The notes beneath the pieces were generated by a model that did no database searches, was not told the DNA's origin, and was given only the letters and a program-made list of their open reading frames with translations. A stretch of 64,000 bases of DNA, from contig WFMW01000018.1 in NCBI GenBank assembly GCA_015488885.1, positions 888 through 64,887 on the forward strand, read 5' to 3'. The translations under genes were made by a program, and so were the position numbers. Origin of the DNA: Gammaproteobacteria bacterium (GTDB lineage: Bacteria > Pseudomonadota > Gammaproteobacteria > SZUA-229). This document shows, in pieces, positions 21,174 through 29,904 of this stretch (positions are counted from its first letter, which is position 1; each line of letters begins with the position of its first letter).

Positions 21174-21247
21174 CTAGTTCATGCTGAAATAACCACGTCG
21201 TTAATATGAATCACTGGATTCATTATATCTAATCGTGGAGAAAAATC

Positions 21248-22105
21248 ATGGCTAACAAAATGATGGTTAACAAAATAACAACTCACAGATTCACAACTCA
21301 GGTAATAATAAAAATTATTGTATGGACCGTTTTTTTTGTTTTTCTTGCTCTTAGCGCGATGCCTTTAATAGCTCGGGCTGGTATTGATACAATATCACAG
21401 GCACGAATATCAAAATCTATCAGTTTTACCCTTAATACCGGCATTAATGCAGCAACCAGAGACACGCTATTGCAACAGGCAAAACCAGATATATGGGCAG
21501 CACTTGTCAAGCAGGGTTATCGTAATGAAACAAAAGTCATGGCGGCTTTAACGGTTAATACCGATTACACGACAGGCAATGAGATTAGTATTTATAATGT
21601 GAGTATGGATTTAATCAGCGATCTTAACGAGGATGGTTTTTATCATCGTTTCAGTATTGCTATTGATGCCGATACCCTTTATGACAGTATTTATGTTTAT
21701 GCAAAAGTCTATTTAAGTTTTGAAGGTGGCCCGTGGAATGAATATGCCAGTAGTGATATCTATCAACTGCACAGGGATACGTCTGCGGACAGCTTTACCA
21801 TTGAAACCGAACTGGCTGATGGTTTTTCACCGGGTTATTATGATATTCGGATAGAACTTTATGATGCAGATACTGATCAATGGTTATTAACGTATGATGC
21901 CAATGATAATCCATCACTCAGTGCCCTGCCTCTGGAAGACAGTTATTATGATAACAGTGAACTGGCTGTGGTTGTTCCGGCCCAGACGGATCTGATTGTA
22001 AGTGGCCAGGGTTCGGTAAACGGGGGGGGATTACTGATAGTGGCGGCAGTATTATTTTTGCTGAGAAGAATGAAAAAACAGCCAGAGATTAACGCTACAC
22101 TGTAA
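21248..22105 (+). CDS. Choice-of-anchor H family protein with GlyGly-CTERM-like sorting signal
   Basis: DLNEDGFYHRFSIAIDAD, GYYDIRIELYDA, LPLED; C-terminal GQGS..GGG, hydrophobic helix, RRMKK. Confidence 0.75.
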   Translation: MANKMMVNKITTHRFTTQVIIKIIVWTVFFVFLALSAMPLIARAGIDTISQARISKSISFTLNTGINAATRDTLLQQAKPDIWAALVKQGYRNETKVMAALTVNTDYTTGNEISIYNVSMDLISDLNEDGFYHRFSIAIDADTLYDSIYVYAKVYLSFEGGPWNEYASSDIYQLHRDTSADSFTIETELADGFSPGYYDIRIELYDADTDQWLLTYDANDNPSLSALPLEDSYYDNSELAVVVPAQTDLIVSGQGSVNGGGLLIVAAVLFLLRRMKKQPEINATL

Positions 22106-22109
22106 AACT

Positions 22110-22820
22110 TTATGTTGTTTTCTGTAATAAATCCACACGCATAGGCATGAGAAAATGCGCACCATCATTCCCCAGGTGAGATTCAAATTTCTGTTTTACC
22201 TGTTGATACAGTTTATCATCCAGTGAATGCGGACTGTGAGTTACGTTAATGGTTTTAGTTTCAAATTCAGCAAAACTTTCAAACCGCATGCTGGCATTAA
22301 AAAAAACTTCTTCAACAAGTTTAAATAAACCGCTATCGACCGCTTTTTTCAGGGCATTGAAAGCTGCTTCACGTACTTTCTGTTCGTCATGAAAGAGACG
22401 TAAAATATCGTTAAACTCCCCGGCAAAAATCGGCTCGGAGATATATGCAGAACCACCGGTTTTTAATACTCGTTTAATTTCCTGCATGGCGGTATCCATT
22501 AGCTCAACAGGTACGTGATGCAGGGACTTGAACATAAAGACCACATCAACGGATTCATCCTCCAGCGGAATAGATTGCGCACCGGATAATTTAAAACTTA
22601 CATTGGGTAAATCAGTGAGCTGCTGGTTTTTCTGGTGAGCGATTTCATCAACTTCCAGTGCAGTAATCTGCCGCTCGCTACCAGCACTGGCAATCTTGCG
22701 GGTAATTTCAGCACTGCCGCAACCCAGCTCAAGAATCTGTTTGTTATCAAGCGATAATAAACGGTTGTAGAGATCGGCTTCATTATAGTTTAAGTAGATA
22801 TTGTCAGCACTGATTTTCAA
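22110..22820 (-). CDS. Class I SAM-dependent methyltransferase
   Basis: ILELGCGSA, DVVFMFKSLHHVP, RVLKTGG. Confidence 0.9.
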   Translation of the reverse strand: MKISADNIYLNYNEADLYNRLLSLDNKQILELGCGSAEITRKIASAGSERQITALEVDEIAHQKNQQLTDLPNVSFKLSGAQSIPLEDESVDVVFMFKSLHHVPVELMDTAMQEIKRVLKTGGSAYISEPIFAGEFNDILRLFHDEQKVREAAFNALKKAVDSGLFKLVEEVFFNASMRFESFAEFETKTINVTHSPHSLDDKLYQQVKQKFESHLGNDGAHFLMPMRVDLLQKTT

Positions 22821-22926
22821 TTTTTTAAGCTCTTTAATCTTATATGTTTATCATCATGATATTGCGATATTTTTGTGTTGATTTCAAGCTGTTTCTATTT
22901 TTAGCTGTTCCATTCACTGGTCGGGG

Positions 22927-23901
22927 TTAACCATTCGGGCAGATTATCTTCATCACTGCTGCCGCCTGTTCCCCGGCCTTTTCCATTAACGCAGGCAGGA
23001 TAGTTAAATCCAGCCCAATAACGTTTAAAGTTTCTGGTTCAAATGCAATCATGTTTTCCAGCAGATGTTCATCAACAGGAGCACCCGGTTCCAGTGAATT
23101 AACGATGGCATCAGCAATGTGTAAAATTGCCGTTTCCAGAGGATAAAGTTTGGCGTTTAATGGTGTGTGATGGTAAGTGATTATTTCTTTTAGCGTATCA
23201 GGTAAACCCCAGGCCTCCATCAGTGCACCACCAACGGCTGCATGAGTAAAGCCAATAATTGCTTTCTCCGCCTGGTACAGCATACCATTAGCTTCAGCTG
23301 CCTGTATCAGTACCTGCTCACTCAGTTGCGGTTCTTTATAATACAGAATCAACTTACCGATATCATGTAACATACCGGCAATAAACAGGCGTTCACCATG
23401 GAGAATATTGCAATGACGGGCAAGCAGGCGAGCGATAATACCGGTATAAATACTGTGTTGCCAGAACTGATTAATATTTAGTAACTGATTAGGAATACGT
23501 GCCAGCGTTTCTACTGTCGATGTCGCCAGCACCAGATTGCGCAGTTCATCTTCCCCAAGTAAAGGAATCGCCCTGCTGACCAGTTCGACTTTAACCGCCA
23601 GCGCATAATAAGCACTGTTAACAATTCGCAATACACGCGCAGTTAATGCCGGGTCATGCCCGATTAACTCACCCAGTTGCTGTGCATTATGCTCAGGATC
23701 TTCGATTAATTGATTAACACGTAAATAAATTTCGGGTAAGGAGATAAGATCTACGACACCATTAACCATGTCTTTTGCAGAGTCTTTTGCAGAGGCTATC
23801 ATTGTATTTGTATTCCGTTTATCTGTGGTTATGGCTATATCATTATTCATATTGAACCATTTATAGTAAATGACGGTCAGGTGTATTGATAAGCCTGTCA
23901 T
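22927..23901 (-). CDS. Stand-alone HDOD-domain protein
   Basis: SLPEIY, DPALTARVLRIVNSAYY, FWQHS, AGMLHDIGKL, HAAVGGALMEAWGLP; start may be downstream (about 23850). Confidence 0.9.
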   Translation of the reverse strand: MTGLSIHLTVIYYKWFNMNNDIAITTDKRNTNTMIASAKDSAKDMVNGVVDLISLPEIYLRVNQLIEDPEHNAQQLGELIGHDPALTARVLRIVNSAYYALAVKVELVSRAIPLLGEDELRNLVLATSTVETLARIPNQLLNINQFWQHSIYTGIIARLLARHCNILHGERLFIAGMLHDIGKLILYYKEPQLSEQVLIQAAEANGMLYQAEKAIIGFTHAAVGGALMEAWGLPDTLKEIITYHHTPLNAKLYPLETAILHIADAIVNSLEPGAPVDEHLLENMIAFEPETLNVIGLDLTILPALMEKAGEQAAAVMKIICPNG

Positions 23902-23940
23902 GGACAGGCTCCTAGACCGTTAAACATCAGGAAGCTAATT

Positions 23941-24525
23941 ATGCACCGTATTTTTCACACTACCCGTTTATACATGATACTGCTACTCTGTAGTGGACTG
24001 GCAAGTTTTACATCATCAGCGCTGGCTGCAAACGGGCATTCGACAGGTGTAGCTGAAAAAATACTGGCCAATATCGAGCAGACAACCGGAATTCAGGAAG
24101 GAAAAAATCATCGCGTTGTTTATATCTTCTTTGACCCCAACTGCCCTTATTGCCACCGCTTATATGTTAATACACGCAACTGGGTGAGACAGAACACCAT
24201 CACATTCCGCTGGATTCCAGTCGGTATTCTAACAACAACCAGTTTTGGCAAGGCAGCCGCTATTCTCGATGCTAAAAACCCATTGAAGGCATTTTATCGG
24301 AATGAAGCACACTATGCGATGAAAAAAGGTGGTGGCGGTATTGATGAAACACTGGCATTAGACAAAACAGAAAACGAGCTGAACATAAACGCGAAGGTGT
24401 TGAATCTAAGTGGTTCCAGTGCAGTACCATTAATGTTATTTCGTGCTACCAATGGCCAGGCAATTATGATTCATGGTGCCCCGCCTATAAAGAGGCTTAA
24501 GCAGGTTTTACATTATGTCAAATAA
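23941..24525 (+). CDS. DsbG/DsbC-like periplasmic thioredoxin-fold protein (short form)
   Basis: Signal peptide; FFDPNCPYCH, WIPVGIL, cis-Pro motif AVP. Confidence 0.8.
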   Translation: MHRIFHTTRLYMILLLCSGLASFTSSALAANGHSTGVAEKILANIEQTTGIQEGKNHRVVYIFFDPNCPYCHRLYVNTRNWVRQNTITFRWIPVGILTTTSFGKAAAILDAKNPLKAFYRNEAHYAMKKGGGGIDETLALDKTENELNINAKVLNLSGSSAVPLMLFRATNGQAIMIHGAPPIKRLKQVLHYVK

Positions 24526-24534
24526 CCCTGAGCT

Positions 24535-25056
24535 TTATTTTGATTTTGACAACGCTTTTATTTTATTAATCAAGGTATTATCGTCCCAGTTTACACCACC
24601 GAATAAGGTATAGCGTATCTTACCCTGTGGGTCAATAATAAAATTCGAGGGTACGGCAAAGACTTTCCAGCTGGTAATACTATCGCCCGCTTCGTCCAGC
24701 AGTATAGTGAATCTGGGCTTGACTTCACTAACAAATTTTTTAACCTCTGCTTTGCTTTCACCCATGTCAACAGCCAGAATTTTAAATGGCACAGACCCCA
24801 TTTTTTTCATCATCTTATTCATCGTAGGCATTTCCTGACGACATGGACCGCAGTAAGTTGCCCAGAACTGTACCACAACCACCTTACCCTTATAATCACG
24901 CAAATCATGTGTTTTACCCTGTAAATCCTGCAAAATCAGAGGTGGTGGTACGGGATTACCGCTGAATGCTTTTAATTCAGCGGCCTGCAACAAACCACAG
25001 AAACATAACAATAAAATAAAAGCAGATAACGTCTTTTTCAATAACCAATTTTTCAT
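24535..25056 (-). CDS. TlpA/ResA-family thiol:disulfide oxidoreductase
   Basis: GKVVVVQFWATYCGPCRQEMP, VPSNFIIDPQG; signal peptide. Confidence 0.9.
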   Translation of the reverse strand: MKNWLLKKTLSAFILLLCFCGLLQAAELKAFSGNPVPPPLILQDLQGKTHDLRDYKGKVVVVQFWATYCGPCRQEMPTMNKMMKKMGSVPFKILAVDMGESKAEVKKFVSEVKPRFTILLDEAGDSITSWKVFAVPSNFIIDPQGKIRYTLFGGVNWDDNTLINKIKALSKSK

Positions 25057-25799
25057 TTTTCATATTCCTTAATGTAAAATAAACTAACTTTAATTAGACC
25101 AGCCATTTGTGAGGTAACAACCTCCTCGGTACGGTTATTATCCTTGCTGGAGAATAAATGACCACGTATTTCGGGGATGATTTTTGAGATTACCTTACTA
25201 CCACCTTTTTCCAGTGCCTGCTTTAAAGGGGTCAATTCCCACCGGGCAGGCGTATGCCCGCCTTCCAGCAACATAATGGGTAGCCGTGTGGTGCCAACTG
25301 CATCAACATACTGTGGCATTCTACCTGGATCAGGTTCACCTTTAAACAGGCGAGGAAAAATCAGGATGGCGCCCGCTAATGGCGTTTTATGTTGTCTTGA
25401 CCATTGTGCAGCACCACGCAATACTAACCGGGTATGCGGGCCACTGGCGACCAGATAAACCTTTTTTCCAGTTTTAACCGCTGCGCTTATTATCGCCAGT
25501 AAAGCAGCACTGGGAATGTCTGCCAGGCTACTGCGTAAATTGGGTAACATAAAGGCTGATAACATATCAGGCATCCAGACTTCAATGCCATCTTCTGCCA
25601 GTGCGGCAGCCGTTTTTTCTTCAGTAATGCTCTTGCCTTCATCACAGGCAAACCCCAGTAACAGCGTATCTCCTTTTGCGGAAAAAATGCGCACATCAAT
25701 ATCTGTATCGCCAGCGTTTATAGTTCGAAGTGTTTTAGCCTCTGCCGAGAGACTGAAAACAAGTACAAGAAAAACAAGAAAGTTACTTAAAATATTCAT
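25053..25799 (-). CDS. Exported hypothetical protein, possibly a degenerate alpha/beta-hydrolase fold
   Basis: Signal peptide; GIEVWMPD, KVYLVAS, LAGAILIFP; 4-nt overlap with the TlpA gene. Confidence 0.6.
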   Translation of the reverse strand: MNILSNFLVFLVLVFSLSAEAKTLRTINAGDTDIDVRIFSAKGDTLLLGFACDEGKSITEEKTAAALAEDGIEVWMPDMLSAFMLPNLRSSLADIPSAALLAIISAAVKTGKKVYLVASGPHTRLVLRGAAQWSRQHKTPLAGAILIFPRLFKGEPDPGRMPQYVDAVGTTRLPIMLLEGGHTPARWELTPLKQALEKGGSKVISKIIPEIRGHLFSSKDNNRTEEVVTSQMAGLIKVSLFYIKEYEK

Positions 25800-25882
25800 G
25801 GTTTTGTTAGTATGACGCTATGTTTAATTTTACGTTGAATTTAAATAATGTATAACGATTCAGCAAGTATTCAAGCTTAACA

Positions 25883-26003
25883 GTAAGCACTCAGATTGAC
25901 GCTGAAAATTAGTCAGGTCAGGGCAAAAATTCTGATGGACAAGTGTCAATGTCCGTTTTTCACCGTAGAGCTGGCGGATTTCATCGATTAGCTGAGTAGT
26001 TAC
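25883..26003. mobile_element. MITE-like hairpin element (121 bp)
   Basis: Terminal IRs GTAAGCACTCAG / CTGAGTAGTTAC (10/12); internal complementary arms (TGAAAATT/GATTTCA, GGACA/TGTCC). Confidence 0.55.
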
Positions 26004-26048
26004 GATAATGTTAAGCTATAAAGATTCAGGCATTATAGATAAATATAT

Positions 26049-26729
26049 ATGAAAAAACAGAATTTTATAACCGGTTTACTTTTACCCGGTTTGTTTTTAC
26101 TCAGTTTGCTTTTATTTTGTGTTACTGCCAGTGCGACTGAGAAAATACCGCATACTCCACCAGTTGCCAACAACAAACTAAGCCAGGCCATCGCTCTGCC
26201 TGCTGATATTGAACGGGGCAGAAAAATTTATCGTTTATGTGCCAGCTGCCACCTGAAAAATGGCTGGGGTAAAAAAGATGGCAGTTTCCCGGTTATTGCT
26301 GGCCAGCATCGTAATGTGCTGATAAAGCAACTGGAGGATATACGCTCAAAAAACCGGGATAATCCTACCATGTATCCATTTACTGAACCGGGTTCAATTG
26401 GTGGTTTACAGGGGATTGCTGATGTCACTGCCTATATTGCATTGCTGCCAGCCGATCCAGATCCCGGAGTGGGTAGCGGGCATCATCTGGCGCTGGGTAA
26501 ACGTATTTATCGGCAGTACTGTTTACAATGCCATGGTAAAGATGCACTGGGTAATAATGCGGCTTTTTTTCCGCGTTTAAAAGGCCAGCATTATGCCTAT
26601 TTATTACGTCAGTTAAAGTGGATACAAAATGGTTACAGAAAAAACGCTAACCCGGAGATGATTCGCCGGGTAAAAACCCTGTCTGATACCGATCTGGATG
26701 CGGTGGCAGATTATTTATCACGCCGTTAA
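26049..26729 (+). CDS. Di-haem cytochrome c4/c553-like
   Basis: Signal peptide; CASCH and CLQCH; FPVIAGQH and FPRLKGQHYAYL; Met ligands NPTM and NPEM. Confidence 0.9.
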   Translation: MKKQNFITGLLLPGLFLLSLLLFCVTASATEKIPHTPPVANNKLSQAIALPADIERGRKIYRLCASCHLKNGWGKKDGSFPVIAGQHRNVLIKQLEDIRSKNRDNPTMYPFTEPGSIGGLQGIADVTAYIALLPADPDPGVGSGHHLALGKRIYRQYCLQCHGKDALGNNAAFFPRLKGQHYAYLLRQLKWIQNGYRKNANPEMIRRVKTLSDTDLDAVADYLSRR

Positions 26730-26744
26730 TTCATTTTAACCCCG

Positions 26745-27668
26745 TTAATCACGCGCATATTGCACCCATAAATGGTGGTCTTTACCGGGTTCAATGGTTA
26801 CAACATCCTCAGCGGCATTACTGGACTCGACACAGAGCATTTTTTTATACCCCTGCTCACCTAAATCCCCCATTCTTCTCGCCGTTTCTTCCCACGGATT
26901 CCACACCACGGTTGAATGACTACCACATTTTATAATGATTATATTGCGCTTGAGGTGTTTATCCTCCAGCACACAATCGGTGGTAGTATCGAGATAGATT
27001 CGATCAACTTCCTTATCAATGACAATCGGGCCATGTTGATGTTTACGTTTAAAATCATCCAGTTTATCCAGATAATCAGTATCTGCCAGCCCGTGTAATA
27101 TGACCTGACTGATATCTCCTACTTTAAAGTAGGTATGAAATGCCTGACCAATGGTAATCATTTCAGTACCATGATTATGCGTAATCAGTTCTATTTCAAG
27201 TTTTTTACCAATAGTTATCTGTACTAACACACTGGTTTGTGACGGCCACATCTCGACATTTTCAGGCCGTGGTTCCATGGTTAAACAAATTCGGCTACTG
27301 CCATCATCCAGAGTTAGTGTACTTTCAATTTGCCAGCGTGTGGTACGTGCAAACCCATGTGCCGGGAAGTTTTTACGGGTTGAATGAGGGCCAAACCAGG
27401 GCCAGCAGATGGGGATACCACCACGTACGGATTTGCCGGGTAGAAAACTGGCCTTATCTGATACCCAGATAACTTCTTCAAATTCACCTGTAGCTGTCTT
27501 TGGTGCCCAGCTCAACACTTGCGCACCCTGCAGGCTGATACTGGCTTTTGCCTGAGAATTTTTTATATTAATCAGTGGGATACCACCTTCACCAGTGATA
27601 AAAACAAGTTGCTGGTCGATCCCGTGCTGTGCATTAAGTTGATCCTGATGCATATTTTTCTCTGCCAT
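26745..27668 (-). CDS. D-hexose-6-phosphate mutarotase (YeaD-like)
   Basis: QGAQVLSW, VRGGIPICWPWFG, AHGFAR, AFHTYF, VVWNPW, MLCVE. Confidence 0.93.
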   Translation of the reverse strand: MAEKNMHQDQLNAQHGIDQQLVFITGEGGIPLINIKNSQAKASISLQGAQVLSWAPKTATGEFEEVIWVSDKASFLPGKSVRGGIPICWPWFGPHSTRKNFPAHGFARTTRWQIESTLTLDDGSSRICLTMEPRPENVEMWPSQTSVLVQITIGKKLEIELITHNHGTEMITIGQAFHTYFKVGDISQVILHGLADTDYLDKLDDFKRKHQHGPIVIDKEVDRIYLDTTTDCVLEDKHLKRNIIIIKCGSHSTVVWNPWEETARRMGDLGEQGYKKMLCVESSNAAEDVVTIEPGKDHHLWVQYARD

Positions 27669-27750
27669 TGTTGTTATGATGCGTGACAGTATTATGCCTC
27701 AGGCCTTATACTGTAAGATAGTCATTTATAAGAAAATACAGGGCATTTTA

Positions 27751-27919
27751 GCTAGGAGTCTGTCGGACTTAACACAACCTGCTGCGTAAAAGCCGAATTT
27801 GGCCATATTTCCCGTTATTTTTCGTTAAATAGTCGTACTATTCGCCTCAAAATAACGAAAAATCTGTCTCAAATCGGCTTTTCCTCGCTACGATTGGTTA
27901 AGTCCGACAGACTCCTAGC
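27751..27919. mobile_element. MITE-like element, 169 bp, with perfect 23-bp terminal inverted repeats
   Basis: GCTAGGAGTCTGTCGGACTTAAC (27751-27773) / GTTAAGTCCGACAGACTCCTAGC (27897-27919); CTAG at both ends; interior is an imperfect palindrome; no ORF. Confidence 0.85.
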
Positions 27920-27971
27920 CTGAAATAATCAGGGTTAAATAGCGTATCCACATATTAATTAAGGGGAAAGT

Positions 27972-28220
27972 ATGAATTTTACACAGCAACAAACCGCCGA
28001 ACTAAATGTACTGATCAATTTTAATCTGGACTCAACCCTTAATGGTATTAAAGTTCATTCTACTGCGACAACCGAAATGCGTGATGCCGTAAAACGCCTG
28101 TATCAGAAAGGGATGTTATCGTCCATTGATGGTGGTTATTTAACCAGCCTTGGTCATACTGCAGCAGAACATGCGCAGACATTACGATTATTACTGGCTA
28201 ATACCGAACAGCTTGCATAA
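27972..28220 (+). CDS. TIGR02647-like small putative DNA-binding protein
   Basis: ELNVL..F..GIKVHS..RLYQKG...DGGYLTSLGHTAAEHAQ. Confidence 0.8.
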   Translation: MNFTQQQTAELNVLINFNLDSTLNGIKVHSTATTEMRDAVKRLYQKGMLSSIDGGYLTSLGHTAAEHAQTLRLLLANTEQLA

Positions 28221-28323
28221 AACAGCTATTATAAGACAGGTCGCAAACAACAGCTGGCTGTTTGTGCTTGATGTCCAGCTTACATAGGTTCTTGTGTGAT
28301 AGCGACACAAAAGAAAAAACACC

Positions 28324-29031
28324 ATGATTTTACAGATATCCATGACAGATAAATATACAGACAATACTATTAAAACAAGCCTGAAACAGCACCATCTTTT
28401 TTCCAGACTGACCAGTTTACAACTTGGCAGGGTCATTCGGTACAGCAAAATTCAGCATCTAGATGAAAGTGCAAATCTGTTTAATCAGGGTGAAACCGTG
28501 GCCGGATTTTATATGGTTTTAAGCGGTAAAATGAAGTTATTCCGCATCTCCCCTGACGGTCAGGAAAAAATTATCGAAATTATAAAAACCGGGGAAGTCT
28601 TTGCTGAAGCATTAATGTTTACCGATCAGACCGACTACCCGGTTAGTGCGGCTGCACTGGCAGAAACTGAAGTGCTAAAAATTGATGCAAAAAAATTCAA
28701 ACACATGTTATGGGATTCACCGGATACCTGTTTTTTGCTTTTGGGTGCAATGAGTGTACGCTTAAGGGGGCTGGTGGAAGAGATTGATACCCTTACTTTA
28801 CACAGTGGAACCTGCCGGGTAGCTACCTATCTGATACATGAAATGCCGGAAAATACGGATCGATTTGAACTCGATACAGCTAAAAATGTTATTGCTGCAC
28901 GCTTGTCTATAAAACCGGAAACGTTCTCCAGAATCATTAAAAATCTGAAAAATGAGGGCGTGTTGACCATTGAAGGTAATACCGTCTGTATTTATGATAT
29001 AGCTGGTTTAAAAGAACACAGTATTATCTAA
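28324..29031 (+). CDS. Crp/Fnr-family regulator, Dnr-like
   Basis: LFNQGE, DGQEKII, FAEALMF..YPVSA, HTH KNVIAARLSIKPETFSR; no FNR Cys cluster. Confidence 0.85.
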   Translation: MILQISMTDKYTDNTIKTSLKQHHLFSRLTSLQLGRVIRYSKIQHLDESANLFNQGETVAGFYMVLSGKMKLFRISPDGQEKIIEIIKTGEVFAEALMFTDQTDYPVSAAALAETEVLKIDAKKFKHMLWDSPDTCFLLLGAMSVRLRGLVEEIDTLTLHSGTCRVATYLIHEMPENTDRFELDTAKNVIAARLSIKPETFSRIIKNLKNEGVLTIEGNTVCIYDIAGLKEHSII

Positions 29032-29043
29032 GGAAGCTCAGAA

Positions 29044-29904
29044 TCAGTTTCCCGGGTTATTAAGTTCCAGTAAACGCTGCCGATACGTCTGTACCCGTTC
29101 ATCGTCTTTTCCAAGCATAATAAACAGGCCGTGCATACATAAACTGGCTAACTGATTATTCCAGTTTCTATCCTGCCTGATTATGCCAAGCAGGAGATTC
29201 ATGGCAGAAGAATAATCACTCTCCAGCATTTTATAGCTACATAGCTGGAACAGTTTATTAATACTCTGCTTATGTTCAAGTGCTTCTTCCAGCTTATCCA
29301 CCGCTTCTGAAGTTTGTTGTGTGGCCAGAAAAATGGCATTTGTCATCAGTACAACTGCCTCATCACTTTCCTCTCTTAAAGGCGTTTTTTCAAGCAGATC
29401 AAATGCCTGTTGATAAGCCTGTTCACGCATTAATAGCTTGGCATACGTTAAAAATATGCGATTATTTTCCGGATCAATAAAAACCAGTTTATTTAAATGG
29501 TCAAAAGCAGACTGTTTATTTCCCTGCTGATAATCTGCCACCGCCGCTGCAAGCATTTTATCCGACTCACGTGCCAGGTATTTATCTAACATCTTTTTAA
29601 AGCTATCTGCTGAGTCATAGCCGTAAATCTGCTCAACAACCTCACCATTGATAAAAAGCTTTACTGCAGGTACGCTGGTTACGCCATAATCATGTGCAAG
29701 TTGTCTATTTTTATCGGTATTGATATTAACCAGTAAAAACTGCCCGGCATAGTCATTTGCCAGTTTTTCGAGTACCGGCCATAAACGCAGACACGGCCCG
29801 GCATTTTTTGACCAGTAATTTACCATCACCGGACCTTTGTGAGAGTTACTCAGCACTACATCAGTAAAATTTTCCTGTGTTACATCAAGAATAAACTGAC
29901 TCAT
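29044..29904 (-). CDS. Thioredoxin-TPR co-chaperone (YbbN/CnoX-like)
   Basis: DVTQENF..PVMVNYW..AGPC (single Cys), GVTSVP, TPR-like helices, YRQRL end. Confidence 0.85.
   Translation of the reverse strand: MSQFILDVTQENFTDVVLSNSHKGPVMVNYWSKNAGPCLRLWPVLEKLANDYAGQFLLVNINTDKNRQLAHDYGVTSVPAVKLFINGEVVEQIYGYDSADSFKKMLDKYLARESDKMLAAAVADYQQGNKQSAFDHLNKLVFIDPENNRIFLTYAKLLMREQAYQQAFDLLEKTPLREESDEAVVLMTNAIFLATQQTSEAVDKLEEALEHKQSINKLFQLCSYKMLESDYSSAMNLLLGIIRQDRNWNNQLASLCMHGLFIMLGKDDERVQTYRQRLLELNNPGN

Noticed and set aside
28292-28310. TTGTGT-N7-ACACAA upstream of the Dnr-like regulator as a CRP/FNR box
   Set aside because: Neither spacing nor half-sites fit TTGAT-N4-ATCAA or TGTGA-N6-TCACA
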